Shown piece after piece: positions 25,050 through 34,675 of a DNA stretch of 64,000 bases (position 1 is its first letter; each line of letters begins with the position of its first letter). The DNA comes from Actinomycetota bacterium (lineage in GTDB: Bacteria > Actinomycetota > Thermoleophilia > Gaiellales > Gaiellaceae): NCBI GenBank assembly GCA_046729255.1, contig JBKPGF010000021.1, positions 39,064 to 103,063 on the forward strand. Direction: 5' to 3'. Made by a program: the position numbers and the translations under genes. The notes below the pieces were generated by a model that saw only the letters and a list, made by a program, of their open reading frames with translations, was not told the origin of the DNA and searched no databases.

Positions 25050-26314
25050 GCAGCGAAGTCAAGCTTCCCCGCCTCGGCCAGGGCATGGAGTCCGGCACGG
25101 TCGTCAAGTGGCTGAAGTCCGAGGGCGACGCGGTCGAGAAGGGCGAGCCGCTCTACGAGCTCGATACCGACAAGGTGACGCAGGAGGTGGAGGCGGAAGC
25201 CTCGGGCGTCCTCCTGAAGATCGTCGTCCCCGAGGGTGAGGTCCCCGTCGCGACGACGCTCGCGTACATCGGCGAGGCGGGCGAGGAGGTCGAGGCGCAG
25301 CCGCCAAAGGAGGAGGCGCCGGCTCCCGAGCCGCAGGCCGCAGCGCCGACGCCGGAGCCCGAGCCGCCGCCGGTCGCCGCGGTCGCCGCGCCGGCCGAGC
25401 GCGCCGCAGGTGAGCGCATCAAGGCCTCGCCGCTCGCGCGCCGGCTCGCACGGGAGCAGGGCGTCGATCTCGCGGCCATCACGGGCACGGGGCCCGAGGG
25501 ACGGATCGTCGCCGAGGACGTCGAGCGGGCAGCCGCCGGCGCTGCGCCAGCTCCCGCGCCCGCGGCACCTGCAACGCCGCCACCGCTTCCGGTCGAGGCG
25601 GCTCCGGCACCGACTGCGCAGCCGGCTCCTGTCGGCGATGACGTCGAGCGCGTGCCGCTGACATCCATCCGCCGCACGATCGCGCGGCGACTCACCGAGG
25701 CCTGGCAGATCCCGGTCTTCCAGCTCGTCCTGTCTGCCGACATGGACGCCGTCAATCAGGTGTTGACGCGCCGCAAGGAGCTCAACCCAGAGGAGCACGT
25801 GACGGTGACCGACGTGCTCGTGAAGGTCTGCGCCGCCGCACTCATGCGGCACCGCGAGGTCAACGTCCAGTTCGCCGACGAGGAGCTGCTCGTCTTCCCG
25901 TACGCGAACATCGGCATCGCCGTGGCCACCGATCGGGGGCTCGTGGTGCCCGTGGTTCGCGGAGCGGAGCACCTGTCGCTCGCGGAGGTGTCCGCCGCCC
26001 GTGCCGACATCGTGAAGCGGGCGCGAGAGGGTGCGCTGCGCCACGAGGATCTCGACGGGGGCACGTTCACGATCTCGAACCTCGGCATGTTCGGCCTCGA
26101 TCAGTTCACGGCCGTGCTCAACCCGCCGCAGGCAGCGATCCTCGCAGTGGGGGCGAGCGCCGAGCGTCCCGTCGTTCGCGAGGGACAGATCGTCGCCCGC
26201 CCGATGATGACGATGACGCTCAGCTGCGACCACCGCGCGGTCGACGGTGCGCCCGCGGCCGCCTTCCTCGAGACCGTGAAGGCGATGCTCGAGGACCTCT
26301 CTCTGGCGCTCTAA
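25046..26314 (+). CDS. dihydrolipoamide acyltransferase (E2)
   Basis: Lipoyl domain (LYELDTDKVTQEVEA), Ala/Pro linkers, subunit-binding domain (ASPLARRLAREQGVDL) and catalytic domain with DHRAVDG. Confidence 0.9.
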   Translation: MSSEVKLPRLGQGMESGTVVKWLKSEGDAVEKGEPLYELDTDKVTQEVEAEASGVLLKIVVPEGEVPVATTLAYIGEAGEEVEAQPPKEEAPAPEPQAAAPTPEPEPPPVAAVAAPAERAAGERIKASPLARRLAREQGVDLAAITGTGPEGRIVAEDVERAAAGAAPAPAPAAPATPPPLPVEAAPAPTAQPAPVGDDVERVPLTSIRRTIARRLTEAWQIPVFQLVLSADMDAVNQVLTRRKELNPEEHVTVTDVLVKVCAAALMRHREVNVQFADEELLVFPYANIGIAVATDRGLVVPVVRGAEHLSLAEVSAARADIVKRAREGALRHEDLDGGTFTISNLGMFGLDQFTAVLNPPQAAILAVGASAERPVVREGQIVARPMMTMTLSCDHRAVDGAPAAAFLETVKAMLEDLSLAL

Positions 26315-26811
26315 TACCGAAAGTGGCGGTCGGCGATCCGCTCGCCGGCGACCCATGGATCCCGCTCGCGCTCGACCAGATCCATCTCGAGGACGACGTT
26401 GCCGAGGATGTCGAAGCCGAGCTCGTGGAAGAAGCGGATGGCCTCGACGTTACGACCGACCGGGCTCACCTGGATCGTCCGGCCTCCCCGCTCGCGGGCC
26501 GTGGAGATGACTGCCTCTGCGAGCAGGCGGCCGATGCCGTGCTGTCGGTGTGACTCCGCGACGACGATCGGCTCCAGCTCGAAGCCGTGCTCGGACATCA
26601 GTCCTGCCAAGCCGACGACGTCGCCGTCCTCCTCCGCGACCCAGATGTTCTCGGCGCCGATCTTGCCGAGATGCTCGTCGAAGGCTCTTCCGGGATCGTC
26701 GCCGCCGATCTCGGGACTGTCGAAAATGTCGCGGTGCCATTGGGTCAGCTCTACCCAGAGCTCCCGGCACGCGTCCAGATCCCTCGGCTCGTAGCCACGA
26801 ACCGTCGCCAC
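26311..26811 (-). CDS. GNAT family N-acetyltransferase
   Basis: Acetyl-CoA motif SHRQHGIGRLLAEAV. GTG 26811 is the preferred start, because the longer track ORF to 26883 would overlap the divergent gene. Confidence 0.7.
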   Translation of the reverse strand: MATVRGYEPRDLDACRELWVELTQWHRDIFDSPEIGGDDPGRAFDEHLGKIGAENIWVAEEDGDVVGLAGLMSEHGFELEPIVVAESHRQHGIGRLLAEAVISTARERGGRTIQVSPVGRNVEAIRFFHELGFDILGNVVLEMDLVERERDPWVAGERIADRHFRY

Positions 26812-26823
26812 GGAGGCCGACTC

Positions 26824-26829
26824 TAGACT
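26824..26829 (+). promoter_or_regulatory. -10-like TAGACT, 7 nt before the GNAT ATG (leaderless signature)
   Basis: TAGACT-ctggtcg-ATG(26837). Confidence 0.4.
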
Positions 26830-26836
26830 CTGGTCG

Positions 26837-27295
26837 ATGATCCGTCGCGGCGACGCGAACGACACGGCGTTCCTGCGCGACATGCTCCGCCACGCGTACT
26901 ACTGGCGCTGGCAAGAGCCTGCTCTTCGAGACCTGCCCGTATCGCGCTACGTCGAAGGGTGGGGCAGGCCCGGGGACCGGTCGCTCATCCTCATCGAAGG
27001 CTTCCAGCCGGTGGGGGCTGCCTGGTACCGGCTGTTCACAGAGGCGCAGCCCGGTTACGGCTTCGTCGACGAGCGGACGCCCGAGCTGACGATCGCCGTC
27101 GTGCCGAGCCGGCGCGGCCGGGGTTACGGTGCCGAGCTGCTCGAGTCGCTGCTCGCCCAGGGGAGGGAAGACGGCTACGCGGGCGTCAGCCTCAGCGTCG
27201 AGCCCGACAACCCGGCGCTCGCGCTCTACGAGCGGCACGGCTTCGCGAAGGTCGGTGAGCGCGGCGGCGCGCTCGTCATGCGCGCCAGCCTCTGA
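26837..27295 (+). CDS. GNAT family N-acetyltransferase
   Basis: 152 aa. Motif VVPSRRGRGYGAELLESLL...ALALYERHGF. Confidence 0.75.
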   Translation: MIRRGDANDTAFLRDMLRHAYYWRWQEPALRDLPVSRYVEGWGRPGDRSLILIEGFQPVGAAWYRLFTEAQPGYGFVDERTPELTIAVVPSRRGRGYGAELLESLLAQGREDGYAGVSLSVEPDNPALALYERHGFAKVGERGGALVMRASL

Positions 27296-27311
27296 TCAGC
27301 TCGTACGGGCG

Positions 27312-27635
27312 CTACTGCAGCTCGACGAGGCGGCCGTCGGGATCGTGAAGATACGCGGAGCGGCCCCAGTCGTAGTCCTTGGCCTCGGTCCCGAGGCGGG
27401 CGGCTTCCGCATCGACGTCGGCGACGCGGAGCGCGAAGTGGTCGACGTTCGGCGGCATGCCCTCGTGGGCCTCGCCCTTGACGTGGATCAGCATCGTGAT
27501 CCCGTCGAGGTCGAACGTCGCGCCGCCCGGCCACGAGGCCGTCGGTTCGCGGCTCAGAACACGTCGGTAGAACTCGACGAGCCCGTCGACATCCTCCGTG
27601 AAGAGCGCGATCTCGGAGACCACGGCCGCCAACAA
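27312..27635 (-). CDS. VOC (glyoxalase) family protein
   Basis: About 105 aa. EIALFTEDVDGLVEFYRRVL...HFALRVADVD...YLHDPDGRLVELQ. Start is TTG 27635/27632 or GTG 27623. The remainder of the 551-aa track ORF is antisense to lpd. Confidence 0.65.
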   Translation of the reverse strand: MLAAVVSEIALFTEDVDGLVEFYRRVLSREPTASWPGGATFDLDGITMLIHVKGEAHEGMPPNVDHFALRVADVDAEAARLGTEAKDYDWGRSAYLHDPDGRLVELQ

Positions 27636-27644
27636 CCTAGTCGA

Positions 27645-27650
27645 TAGGAT
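27645..27650 (+). promoter_or_regulatory. -10-like TAGGAT, 6 nt before the lpd ATG (leaderless signature)
   Basis: TAGGAT-cgaagc-ATG(27657). Confidence 0.45.
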
Positions 27651-27656
27651 CGAAGC

Positions 27657-29072
27657 ATGGAATGCGACGTCGCGGTGCTCGGGGGCGGGCCGGGCGGCTA
27701 CACGGCCGCCATCCGAGCGGCCCAGCTGGGAGCGAAGACGGTGTGCATCGAGCAGGAGGAGGAGCTTGGCGGCACGTGCCTGCGCGTCGGCTGTATCCCG
27801 ACGAAGGCGTGGGTGCAGACCGCCCACTCGTTGCACGAAGCGGGGGAGACATTCGACAAGCTCGGAGTCCAGGTAGGCGCCCCGTCGCTCGACTTCGCGG
27901 CTGCGAACGAGTGGAAGAACGGCGTCTCGAAGCAGATGACTGGCGGCGTGGCGATCCTCTTCAAGGCGAACGGCGTGGAGTGGGTGCGCGGCGTCGGGCG
28001 CTTCAAGGATGCGAGCACGATCGGAGTCGAGGGCGCGGAGGACGTGACCTTCCGTTCGGCGATCGTCGCCACCGGCTCGTATCCGATCCGCCCGCCGATT
28101 CCCGGCCTCGACTCGCCGCGTTGCGTCGACTCGACGGGGCTGCTCGCTCAGACGGAGGTGCCTCGCCGGCTCGTCGTGCTCGGGGGCGGCATCATCGGCT
28201 GTGAGTTTGCGTCGATCTTCGAGCGCTTCGGTTCCGAGGTGACGATCGTCGAGATGCTCGACACGCTCATCCCGCAGGAGGACGCCGACGCGACGAAGGA
28301 GCTCGCGAAGCAGTTCGGGAAGCGGGGGATCGCGCTTCACCTCGGCAAGCAGTGCACGCAGGTGGACGACGACGGCTCTGAGCTCACGGTCCACTTCGGC
28401 GAGGGCGAGTCCGTCCAGGCCGACCTCATGCTCGTCTCTGTCGGTCGCGCGCCGCTCGTGGAGGGCATCGGCCTCGACGCTGCGGGCGTGCAGGTCGACC
28501 CGCGCCAGGGCATCGTCTCTGACGAGCACCGCCGCACGTCCGTGCCACACATCTACGCCGTCGGCGATTGCGCCGGCTACTGGCAGCTCGCGCACACCGC
28601 GTTCCGCGAGGGCGAGGTCGCCGCCGAGAACGCCATGGGCCACGACGCGACGGTCGGCAACCGCGCCGTGCCGCGTCCCATCTACACGGATCCCGAGATC
28701 GCCGGCGTCGGCCGCAACCAGGCCCAGGCGCGGGAGCAGCACGGCGACGACGTCGCCGTCGGCATGTTCCCCTGGGCCGCCAATGCACGCGCAGTCATGC
28801 AGAACGCCACCAATGGCTGGGTGAAGTCGATCCACGAGAGCCGCTACGGCGAGCTGCTCGGCGTCGTCATGGTGGGCCCGCATGTGACAGACCTCATCGA
28901 GGCCGCGGTCGTCGCCCTCGACGCGGAAGCGACGGTCGAGACGATCGCCGACGGCATGGCCGCGCATCCCACGCTCTCAGAGGCTCTCAAGGAAGCGGGG
29001 CTCGTGGCACTCGGCCGACCGATCCACGTCGCGCGGAAGAGAAGGGCCGCGGCTCCCGCACCGGGATCCTGA
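27657..29072 (+). CDS. lpd: dihydrolipoyl dehydrogenase (E3)
   Basis: 471 aa. FAD motif VLGGGPGGY, redox-active disulfide GGTCLRVGCIPTK, NAD motif VLGGGIIGCE and C-terminal interface domain HPTLSE. Confidence 0.95.
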   Translation: MECDVAVLGGGPGGYTAAIRAAQLGAKTVCIEQEEELGGTCLRVGCIPTKAWVQTAHSLHEAGETFDKLGVQVGAPSLDFAAANEWKNGVSKQMTGGVAILFKANGVEWVRGVGRFKDASTIGVEGAEDVTFRSAIVATGSYPIRPPIPGLDSPRCVDSTGLLAQTEVPRRLVVLGGGIIGCEFASIFERFGSEVTIVEMLDTLIPQEDADATKELAKQFGKRGIALHLGKQCTQVDDDGSELTVHFGEGESVQADLMLVSVGRAPLVEGIGLDAAGVQVDPRQGIVSDEHRRTSVPHIYAVGDCAGYWQLAHTAFREGEVAAENAMGHDATVGNRAVPRPIYTDPEIAGVGRNQAQAREQHGDDVAVGMFPWAANARAVMQNATNGWVKSIHESRYGELLGVVMVGPHVTDLIEAAVVALDAEATVETIADGMAAHPTLSEALKEAGLVALGRPIHVARKRRAAAPAPGS

Positions 29073-29107
29073 ACGCGCTAGCCTCGATCTGAACGAAAGG
29101 AGACAAC

Positions 29108-29356
29108 GTGAAGAAACTCCTCGCATTGCTCGCCGCCATCGGCGCAGTCGTCTTCTTCTGGCGGAAGAAGCACCAGGATGACGACGCTACGAGCTGGGAC
29201 ACTGCCTCGGACACCGCCTCCTCATGGGGGGACACGGCGTCCGGCACGGCGAAGGACGCCGCCGACGCGACCGACACCGCAGCGCGAGACGTCGCCGACG
29301 CGGTGGGCGACAAGGCGCAAGCTGCGGCCGACGCCGCAGACGACGCCACGTCGTAG
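29108..29356 (+). CDS. small membrane-anchored acidic low-complexity protein
   Basis: 82 aa. GTG follows AAAGGAG. TM helix LLALLAAIGAVVFFW, then a D/T/A/S-rich tail. Confidence 0.55.
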   Translation: MKKLLALLAAIGAVVFFWRKKHQDDDATSWDTASDTASSWGDTASGTAKDAADATDTAARDVADAVGDKAQAAADAADDATS

Positions 29357-29382
29357 CCGCGCCGCCTGCAGCGGCAGGCACT

Positions 29383-30066
29383 ATGAGCACCGGCATGGCT
29401 TGGCCGCAAACCCCCGGGCGGCTTACCTCCGAGCAGGATCGGCTGGCCGCTGAGGTCTGGACCGCCTGGCGGCCACACGGCCGCTACGCGGCCGGCGCGG
29501 TGTTCGTCTGTTTCGACCAGACGGGCCCGGGTAACGGTTCGATCGGTGATCGCGGGTTCGCAGCGGCGGCGTGCGGCGACGAGGTCGCCGTCGTCACCGG
29601 GGAGGCTCCGGCCGGTTATGCTCCGGGACGGTTGGCCCTGCGCCAGGGCGAGCTGCTCGAGCGGGCGGTACGCGGTCTCGGAGCCCAACCCGACGTCCTC
29701 ATCGTCGACGCGACGGGTCGTGACCACCCGCGGCGCTGCGGCCTCGCGCTGCACCTGGGCGCGGTGCTCGGGATGCCGACCGTGGGTGTGACGCACCGCC
29801 CCCTGCGAGCCGAAGGCGCGTGGCCTGCCGACGAACGCGGCGCCACGAGCCCGCTCCTGCTCGACGGTGAGCGCATCGGCTACTGGGTACGGACGAAGGT
29901 CGGCACGCGGCCGCTCGCCGCCCACGCCGCTTGGCGTACCGGCCCGGAGGTGGCGGTCGAAGTCCTGCTGTCTGCGACGGGCGAGGCGCGCTCGCCCGAG
30001 CCCCTGCGCCGCGCCCGTGCCGCGGCCCGTCGGCTGCGCGGGCTCGAGACTCTCCCGCTGGCGTGA
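29383..30066 (+). CDS. nfi: endonuclease V-like protein (divergent active-site residues)
   Basis: 227 aa. YAPGRLALRQGE, PDVLIVDATGRDHPRRCGLALHLG and VGVTHRPL align by eye with the EndoV motifs Y-x-PG-x-L-x-FRE, VDG-x-G-x-x-HPRR-x-G-x-A-x-H-x-G and IGVAK. Confidence 0.7.
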   Translation: MSTGMAWPQTPGRLTSEQDRLAAEVWTAWRPHGRYAAGAVFVCFDQTGPGNGSIGDRGFAAAACGDEVAVVTGEAPAGYAPGRLALRQGELLERAVRGLGAQPDVLIVDATGRDHPRRCGLALHLGAVLGMPTVGVTHRPLRAEGAWPADERGATSPLLLDGERIGYWVRTKVGTRPLAAHAAWRTGPEVAVEVLLSATGEARSPEPLRRARAAARRLRGLETLPLA

Positions 30067-31232
30067 AGCGTCTGCGGGGGGAGTATGTCGCCATCGGCGC
30101 CGGCCTCACGCTGGCCGCCGTCGCCGGCGTCGTGCTGCTCGTCGGCAAGGACAAGCAGGAGCAGCCGCCGAGCGCCCATCCCCCGCCGCCTGCGGCGCCG
30201 CAGCCGTCACCACCGCCACCGGGACAGCAACCCTCCCCGCCGCCACCTCCTCCGACGGCACAGCATCGCGCCGAGGTCCAGGGAGGCAGGCTCGTCGTCG
30301 ACGGCCGGCCGTTCTTCCCGATCATGTCCTGGGGGGAGTGCATCGACGGGTTCGAGACGAGCCTGCCGGTGGGGACGAACCTCTATGCCGGCAACCGCTG
30401 CGGCGGCCTCGATGCGCAGTTGCCCACACTCGGCGACCGTGCTTTGTCTGCGGCCGTGCAGGGCGAGGTCGTGCCCGATCGCGGTTCCGTGATCGGCGTC
30501 TTCTACCCTGACGAGCCCGACGGAAAAGGCCTGACGCTCGGGACGATTCCGCAAAGCGCCGGCGTCCGCTTCCTCACCCTGACGAGCCACTTCTACTCGG
30601 GTGCGGCGCCGCTCGCGCAGGGGCGCGGCAACTATCCGGGCCTGATCGCGAAAGCGGACATGGTCGGCTTTGACCTCTATCCGCTCCAGAGCTGGTGCAG
30701 CCCCGACCGTCTGGTGGACGTGTACTTCTCGCAGCGGGAGCTCCTCGACCTCGCGAAGGGCAAGCCGACCTTCCAGTGGATCGAGGCGGCAGGCATGACC
30801 TGCCCGCACGACGGCCCCACGGCCGTGACGCCGGAGACGGTCCGCGCGGAGTCGTGGCTCGCGATCGCGGGCGGAGCCAAGGGTCTCGGCTTCTTCCCGC
30901 CTGCCGCATGGACGGGTGACGTCGGCGAGGCGATCGCCGACGTGACGTCGACGGTACAGCAGCTCGGGCCGGCGCTCACAGCACCGGAGGTGGCAGTCCA
31001 GGTCGAGCCCGCGGACGGGCTCGTCAAGGCCGGGGCACGGAGCCACGGTGGCCGCCTCGCGATCGTCGTCGCGAACGCCGGTTACGCGTCGGCGAGCGCC
31101 CAGATCACCGTCCCCGGGCTCGGCGGGCGCCCGCTCATGGTGGTGGGCACGGGTCGCCGCGTGACGCCGGACGGCGACACCTTCGGCGAACGCTTCCCGC
31201 CGCTCGGCGCCCGCGTGTACATGACCGGGTGA
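30063..31232 (+). CDS. membrane-anchored protein with Pro-rich linker and glycoside-hydrolase-like (clan GH-A-like) domain
   Basis: GTG 30063 overlaps the nfi stop (GTGA). TM helix VAIGAGLTLAAVAGVVLLV, then a PPPPAAPQPSPPPPGQQPSPPPPPP linker, then RLVVDGRPFFPIMSW..YPDEPD..DLYP..FQWIEA. The family assignment is tentative. Confidence 0.5.
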   Translation: MKRLRGEYVAIGAGLTLAAVAGVVLLVGKDKQEQPPSAHPPPPAAPQPSPPPPGQQPSPPPPPPTAQHRAEVQGGRLVVDGRPFFPIMSWGECIDGFETSLPVGTNLYAGNRCGGLDAQLPTLGDRALSAAVQGEVVPDRGSVIGVFYPDEPDGKGLTLGTIPQSAGVRFLTLTSHFYSGAAPLAQGRGNYPGLIAKADMVGFDLYPLQSWCSPDRLVDVYFSQRELLDLAKGKPTFQWIEAAGMTCPHDGPTAVTPETVRAESWLAIAGGAKGLGFFPPAAWTGDVGEAIADVTSTVQQLGPALTAPEVAVQVEPADGLVKAGARSHGGRLAIVVANAGYASASAQITVPGLGGRPLMVVGTGRRVTPDGDTFGERFPPLGARVYMTG

Positions 31233-31268
31233 CGGACAGCGACCCTGCCTGGTAGCCGCTCCCGTTTC

Positions 31269-31274
31269 TATGAT
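31269..31274 (+). promoter_or_regulatory. -10-like TATGAT, 8 nt before the dnaE ATG
   Basis: TATGAT-cggagctc-ATG(31283). Confidence 0.35.
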
Positions 31275-31282
31275 CGGAGCTC

Positions 31283-34200
31283 ATGGCCGAGGCGCCGTTC
31301 GTCCACCTTCACGTCCACTCCGAGTACTCGATCCTCGACGGCGCGTGCCGGATCCCCGCGCTCGCCGAACGGGCGGCCGAGCTGGAGATGCAGGCGGTCG
31401 GCCTCACCGATCACGGCTCCCTCGCCGGCGCCGTCGAGCTCTATCGCGAGTGTGGGAAGCACGGCGTCAAGCCGCTGCTCGGCTGCGAGGTCTACGTCGC
31501 GGACGACCGCAAGCAGCAGGCGAAGGGCTACGCCCACCTCACGCTGCTGGCGGAGACGAACGAGGGCTACGGCAACCTCATCAAGCTCGCGTCGCTCGGC
31601 TACCTCGAGGGCTACTACTACAAGCCCCGCGTCGACTGGGAGCTGCTCGAACGGCACGCGAAGGGCATCGTGGCGCTCTCGGGCTGCCTCTCCGGCCGCG
31701 TCTGCAAGGCGCTCGAGGAGAGTCGCCCGCAGGACGCCGCAGCCGACCTCGACCGCCTCGCCCAGATCTTCGGCCGTGACTCGACGTACGTCGAGATCCA
31801 GAACGCGGGCCTCGCCGAGCAGGAGCGGATCAATCCCGAGCTCGTGACGCTCGCGGCCTCGGCCGGCCTGCCGGTCGTGGCCACCGGCGACGTCCACTAC
31901 CTCAGGCACGAGGACGCGCTCCCCCACGAGGCGCTGCTCTGCATCCAGTCGGGGGACTCGTTGAAGAACCCCGATCACTGGAAGTTCGACTCGGATCAGT
32001 TCTTCTTCAAGTCACCGGCCGAGATGGCGGCGGATTTCCCGGGCAGCGAGGAGTGGCTCCGCCGAACGGTCGAGATGGCCGAGCGCTGCACGGTCACGCT
32101 CGAGCTCGGCCAGATCCTCCTGCCGTCGTACCCCACCCCGGAGGGCCGGGACGCCTTCGAGTACCTCGTCGAGCTGGCGGAGACTGGGCTCGCTCGGCGC
32201 TTTTCGCGACGGACGCCCGAACTCGACGAGCGCCTCGCATTCGAGCTGAGAACGATCCGCGAGATGGGCTTCGCCGACTACTTCCTCATCGTCTGGGATC
32301 TCATCGCGTTCGCCCGGGCGAACGGCATCAGCGTCGGCCCCGGGCGAGGCTCGACTGCGGGATCGCTCGTCGCGTACTGCCTTGGCATCACCGAGGTCGA
32401 CCCCATGAAGTACGACCTGCTCTTCGAGCGGATGCTGAACCCGGGCCGAAAGTCCATGCCGGACATCGACATCGACTTCGCCGTCGCCGGCCGCGACCGC
32501 GTCATCAACTACGCCGCAGAGAAGTATGGGCGCGATCGCGTCGCCCAGATCATCACGTTCGGGACGATGATGGCGCGTGCGGCGATTCGTGACGCCGGAC
32601 GGGTGCTCGACATTCCCTATGGCACCGTCGACCGGATCGCAAAGCTCGTGCCGGAAGGGCCGAAGGTCTACCTCGAGGAGTCGCTGAAGCCGGGCCAGGA
32701 GCTGCGCGCGCAGTACGACGCGGACCCGCTCGTCCGCGAGATCCTCGATCTCGCGAAGCCGCTCGAAGGGCTCGTCCGTCAGGACTCGATCCACGCTGCC
32801 GGCGTCGTCATCGCCGACCGGCCGCTGACGGACATCGTCCCGCTCCAGCAGAAGGGCACGGACCAGGAGGTCGTCACGCAGTTCGCGATGGGCGACGTCG
32901 AGGCGCTGGGCCTGCTGAAGATCGACTTCCTCGGCCTGCGCAACCTCGACGTCATCGACGAGGCGGTGCGGCTCGTCGGCGACGTCGACATCGCGGCCAT
33001 TCCACTCGACGACGGGCCGACGTACGAGATGCTCCAGCGAGGCGACACGGCCGGCGTCTTCCAGTTCGAGTCGTCGGGCATGCGAGAGGCTCTACGGCAG
33101 GTCAAGCCGACGGAGTTCGAGGACCTCATCGCGCTCGTCGCCCTCTACCGGCCCGGCCCGATGTCCTACATCCCGGTCTACGCGCGCCGCAAGGCCGGCC
33201 AGGAGGCCGTTGCCTACGCCGACGAGCGGCTGAACGAGATCACCGGTGGGACGTACGGCATCTGCATCTACCAGGAGCAGTACATGGAGATCGCGAAGCA
33301 GCTCGCCGGCTTCTCGCCCGCCGAGGCTGACGATCTCCGGAAGGCGATCGGCAAGAAGGACCACAAGCTCATGGCGTCGCTCGAAGGGAAGTTCCTCGAG
33401 GGGACGGCCGCGACCGGCGTGGCCGCCGAGGTCGCGCGCGGGCTGTGGAGCGACATGGAGAAAGCCCAGGACTACTCGTTCAACAAGTCGCACGCTGCCT
33501 GCTACGCGCTCATCGCCTATCGCACGGCGTATCTCAAGGCGCACCACACGGCGCAGTACATGGCCGCGCTCATCTCGTCGGTCATGAACACGAAGGACCG
33601 CGTTCCGTATTACGTGAACGCGTGCGACGAGATGGGCATCGACGTGCTCCCGCCGGACGTGAACGCGTCGCAGGTCGACTTCGCCGTGGTCGAAGGGAAG
33701 ATCCGCTTCGGGCTCAACGCCGTGAAAAACGTCGGTGAGGCGGCCGCGCAAGCGATCGTCGCCGCGCGCGAGTCGGAGGGCGCGTTCGCGTCACTCTGGG
33801 ACTTCACCGAGGGCGTCGACCCGCAACTCGTGAACAAGCGGGCGCTCGAGTCGCTCGTGAAGGCCGGCGCGCTCGACTCCACCGGCGGCTCGCGCAAGGG
33901 CATGCTCGACGTGCTCGAGCACGCGCTCTCGTACGGCCAGACGAAACAGGCCGACCGGGCCGCGGGGCAGGCGTCGATCTTCGACGACCTGCCCGACGCC
34001 GTGGATGCGCCGAGAGCGACACCGCACCCGGAGATCCCGGCGGGGGAGTTCGACAAGAGCGAGTTGCTGCGGCTGGAGAAGGAGACGCTCGGGCTCTACG
34101 TCTCGGAGCACCCGCTCGACGCGATCCACGAGCAGCTGCGCCGCAAGGTGGACTCGAGCGTCGCCGATCTCGAGCGCCGGCGCGACGGCGAGATCGTGAC

Positions 34201-34675
34201 GATCGGCGGCATCGTCTCGTCGGTGAAGCAGCTGACGACGAAGAAGGGCGACCCCATGGTGTTCCTCTCGCTCGGCGACCTCTCGGGGGAGGCCGAGGTG
34301 GTCGTCTTCAACAGCGTCTACACAGCTGCGCGCGAGCTCTGTGCAGCCGACACGGTGCTCGTCGTCAAGGGCAGGGTCGATCACAAGCAGGAGGGCGAGA
34401 CGAAGCTCATCGCGCTCGAGGTGACGGCCTTCGAGGCGGCTCGCGTGCCGACCGAGGTGAGGCTGAAGGTCGACGCACGGGCGGCGCCCGCGGGCATCGT
34501 CCGCGAGCTCGGGCATGTCGTCCGCGACTTTCCCGGCGAGGCGCGGGTCGTCGTCGCCCTCGAGACGTCGGAGGGCCCGCGAGTACTCGAGCTCGGGCCG
34601 GACTACCGCGTGCGTCCCGAGGCCGACTTCTTCGCCGAGGTCAAGGCCCTCCTGGGCGAAGCGGCCGTCCTCTAG
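31283..34675 (+). CDS. dnaE: DNA polymerase III alpha subunit
   Basis: 1130 aa. PHP domain (FVHLHVHSEYSILDG), polymerase core (GLLKIDFLGLRNL, YQEQ), HhH and OB-fold C-terminus. No intein. Confidence 0.95.
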   Translation: MAEAPFVHLHVHSEYSILDGACRIPALAERAAELEMQAVGLTDHGSLAGAVELYRECGKHGVKPLLGCEVYVADDRKQQAKGYAHLTLLAETNEGYGNLIKLASLGYLEGYYYKPRVDWELLERHAKGIVALSGCLSGRVCKALEESRPQDAAADLDRLAQIFGRDSTYVEIQNAGLAEQERINPELVTLAASAGLPVVATGDVHYLRHEDALPHEALLCIQSGDSLKNPDHWKFDSDQFFFKSPAEMAADFPGSEEWLRRTVEMAERCTVTLELGQILLPSYPTPEGRDAFEYLVELAETGLARRFSRRTPELDERLAFELRTIREMGFADYFLIVWDLIAFARANGISVGPGRGSTAGSLVAYCLGITEVDPMKYDLLFERMLNPGRKSMPDIDIDFAVAGRDRVINYAAEKYGRDRVAQIITFGTMMARAAIRDAGRVLDIPYGTVDRIAKLVPEGPKVYLEESLKPGQELRAQYDADPLVREILDLAKPLEGLVRQDSIHAAGVVIADRPLTDIVPLQQKGTDQEVVTQFAMGDVEALGLLKIDFLGLRNLDVIDEAVRLVGDVDIAAIPLDDGPTYEMLQRGDTAGVFQFESSGMREALRQVKPTEFEDLIALVALYRPGPMSYIPVYARRKAGQEAVAYADERLNEITGGTYGICIYQEQYMEIAKQLAGFSPAEADDLRKAIGKKDHKLMASLEGKFLEGTAATGVAAEVARGLWSDMEKAQDYSFNKSHAACYALIAYRTAYLKAHHTAQYMAALISSVMNTKDRVPYYVNACDEMGIDVLPPDVNASQVDFAVVEGKIRFGLNAVKNVGEAAAQAIVAARESEGAFASLWDFTEGVDPQLVNKRALESLVKAGALDSTGGSRKGMLDVLEHALSYGQTKQADRAAGQASIFDDLPDAVDAPRATPHPEIPAGEFDKSELLRLEKETLGLYVSEHPLDAIHEQLRRKVDSSVADLERRRDGEIVTIGGIVSSVKQLTTKKGDPMVFLSLGDLSGEAEVVVFNSVYTAARELCAADTVLVVKGRVDHKQEGETKLIALEVTAFEAARVPTEVRLKVDARAAPAGIVRELGHVVRDFPGEARVVVALETSEGPRVLELGPDYRVRPEADFFAEVKALLGEAAVL

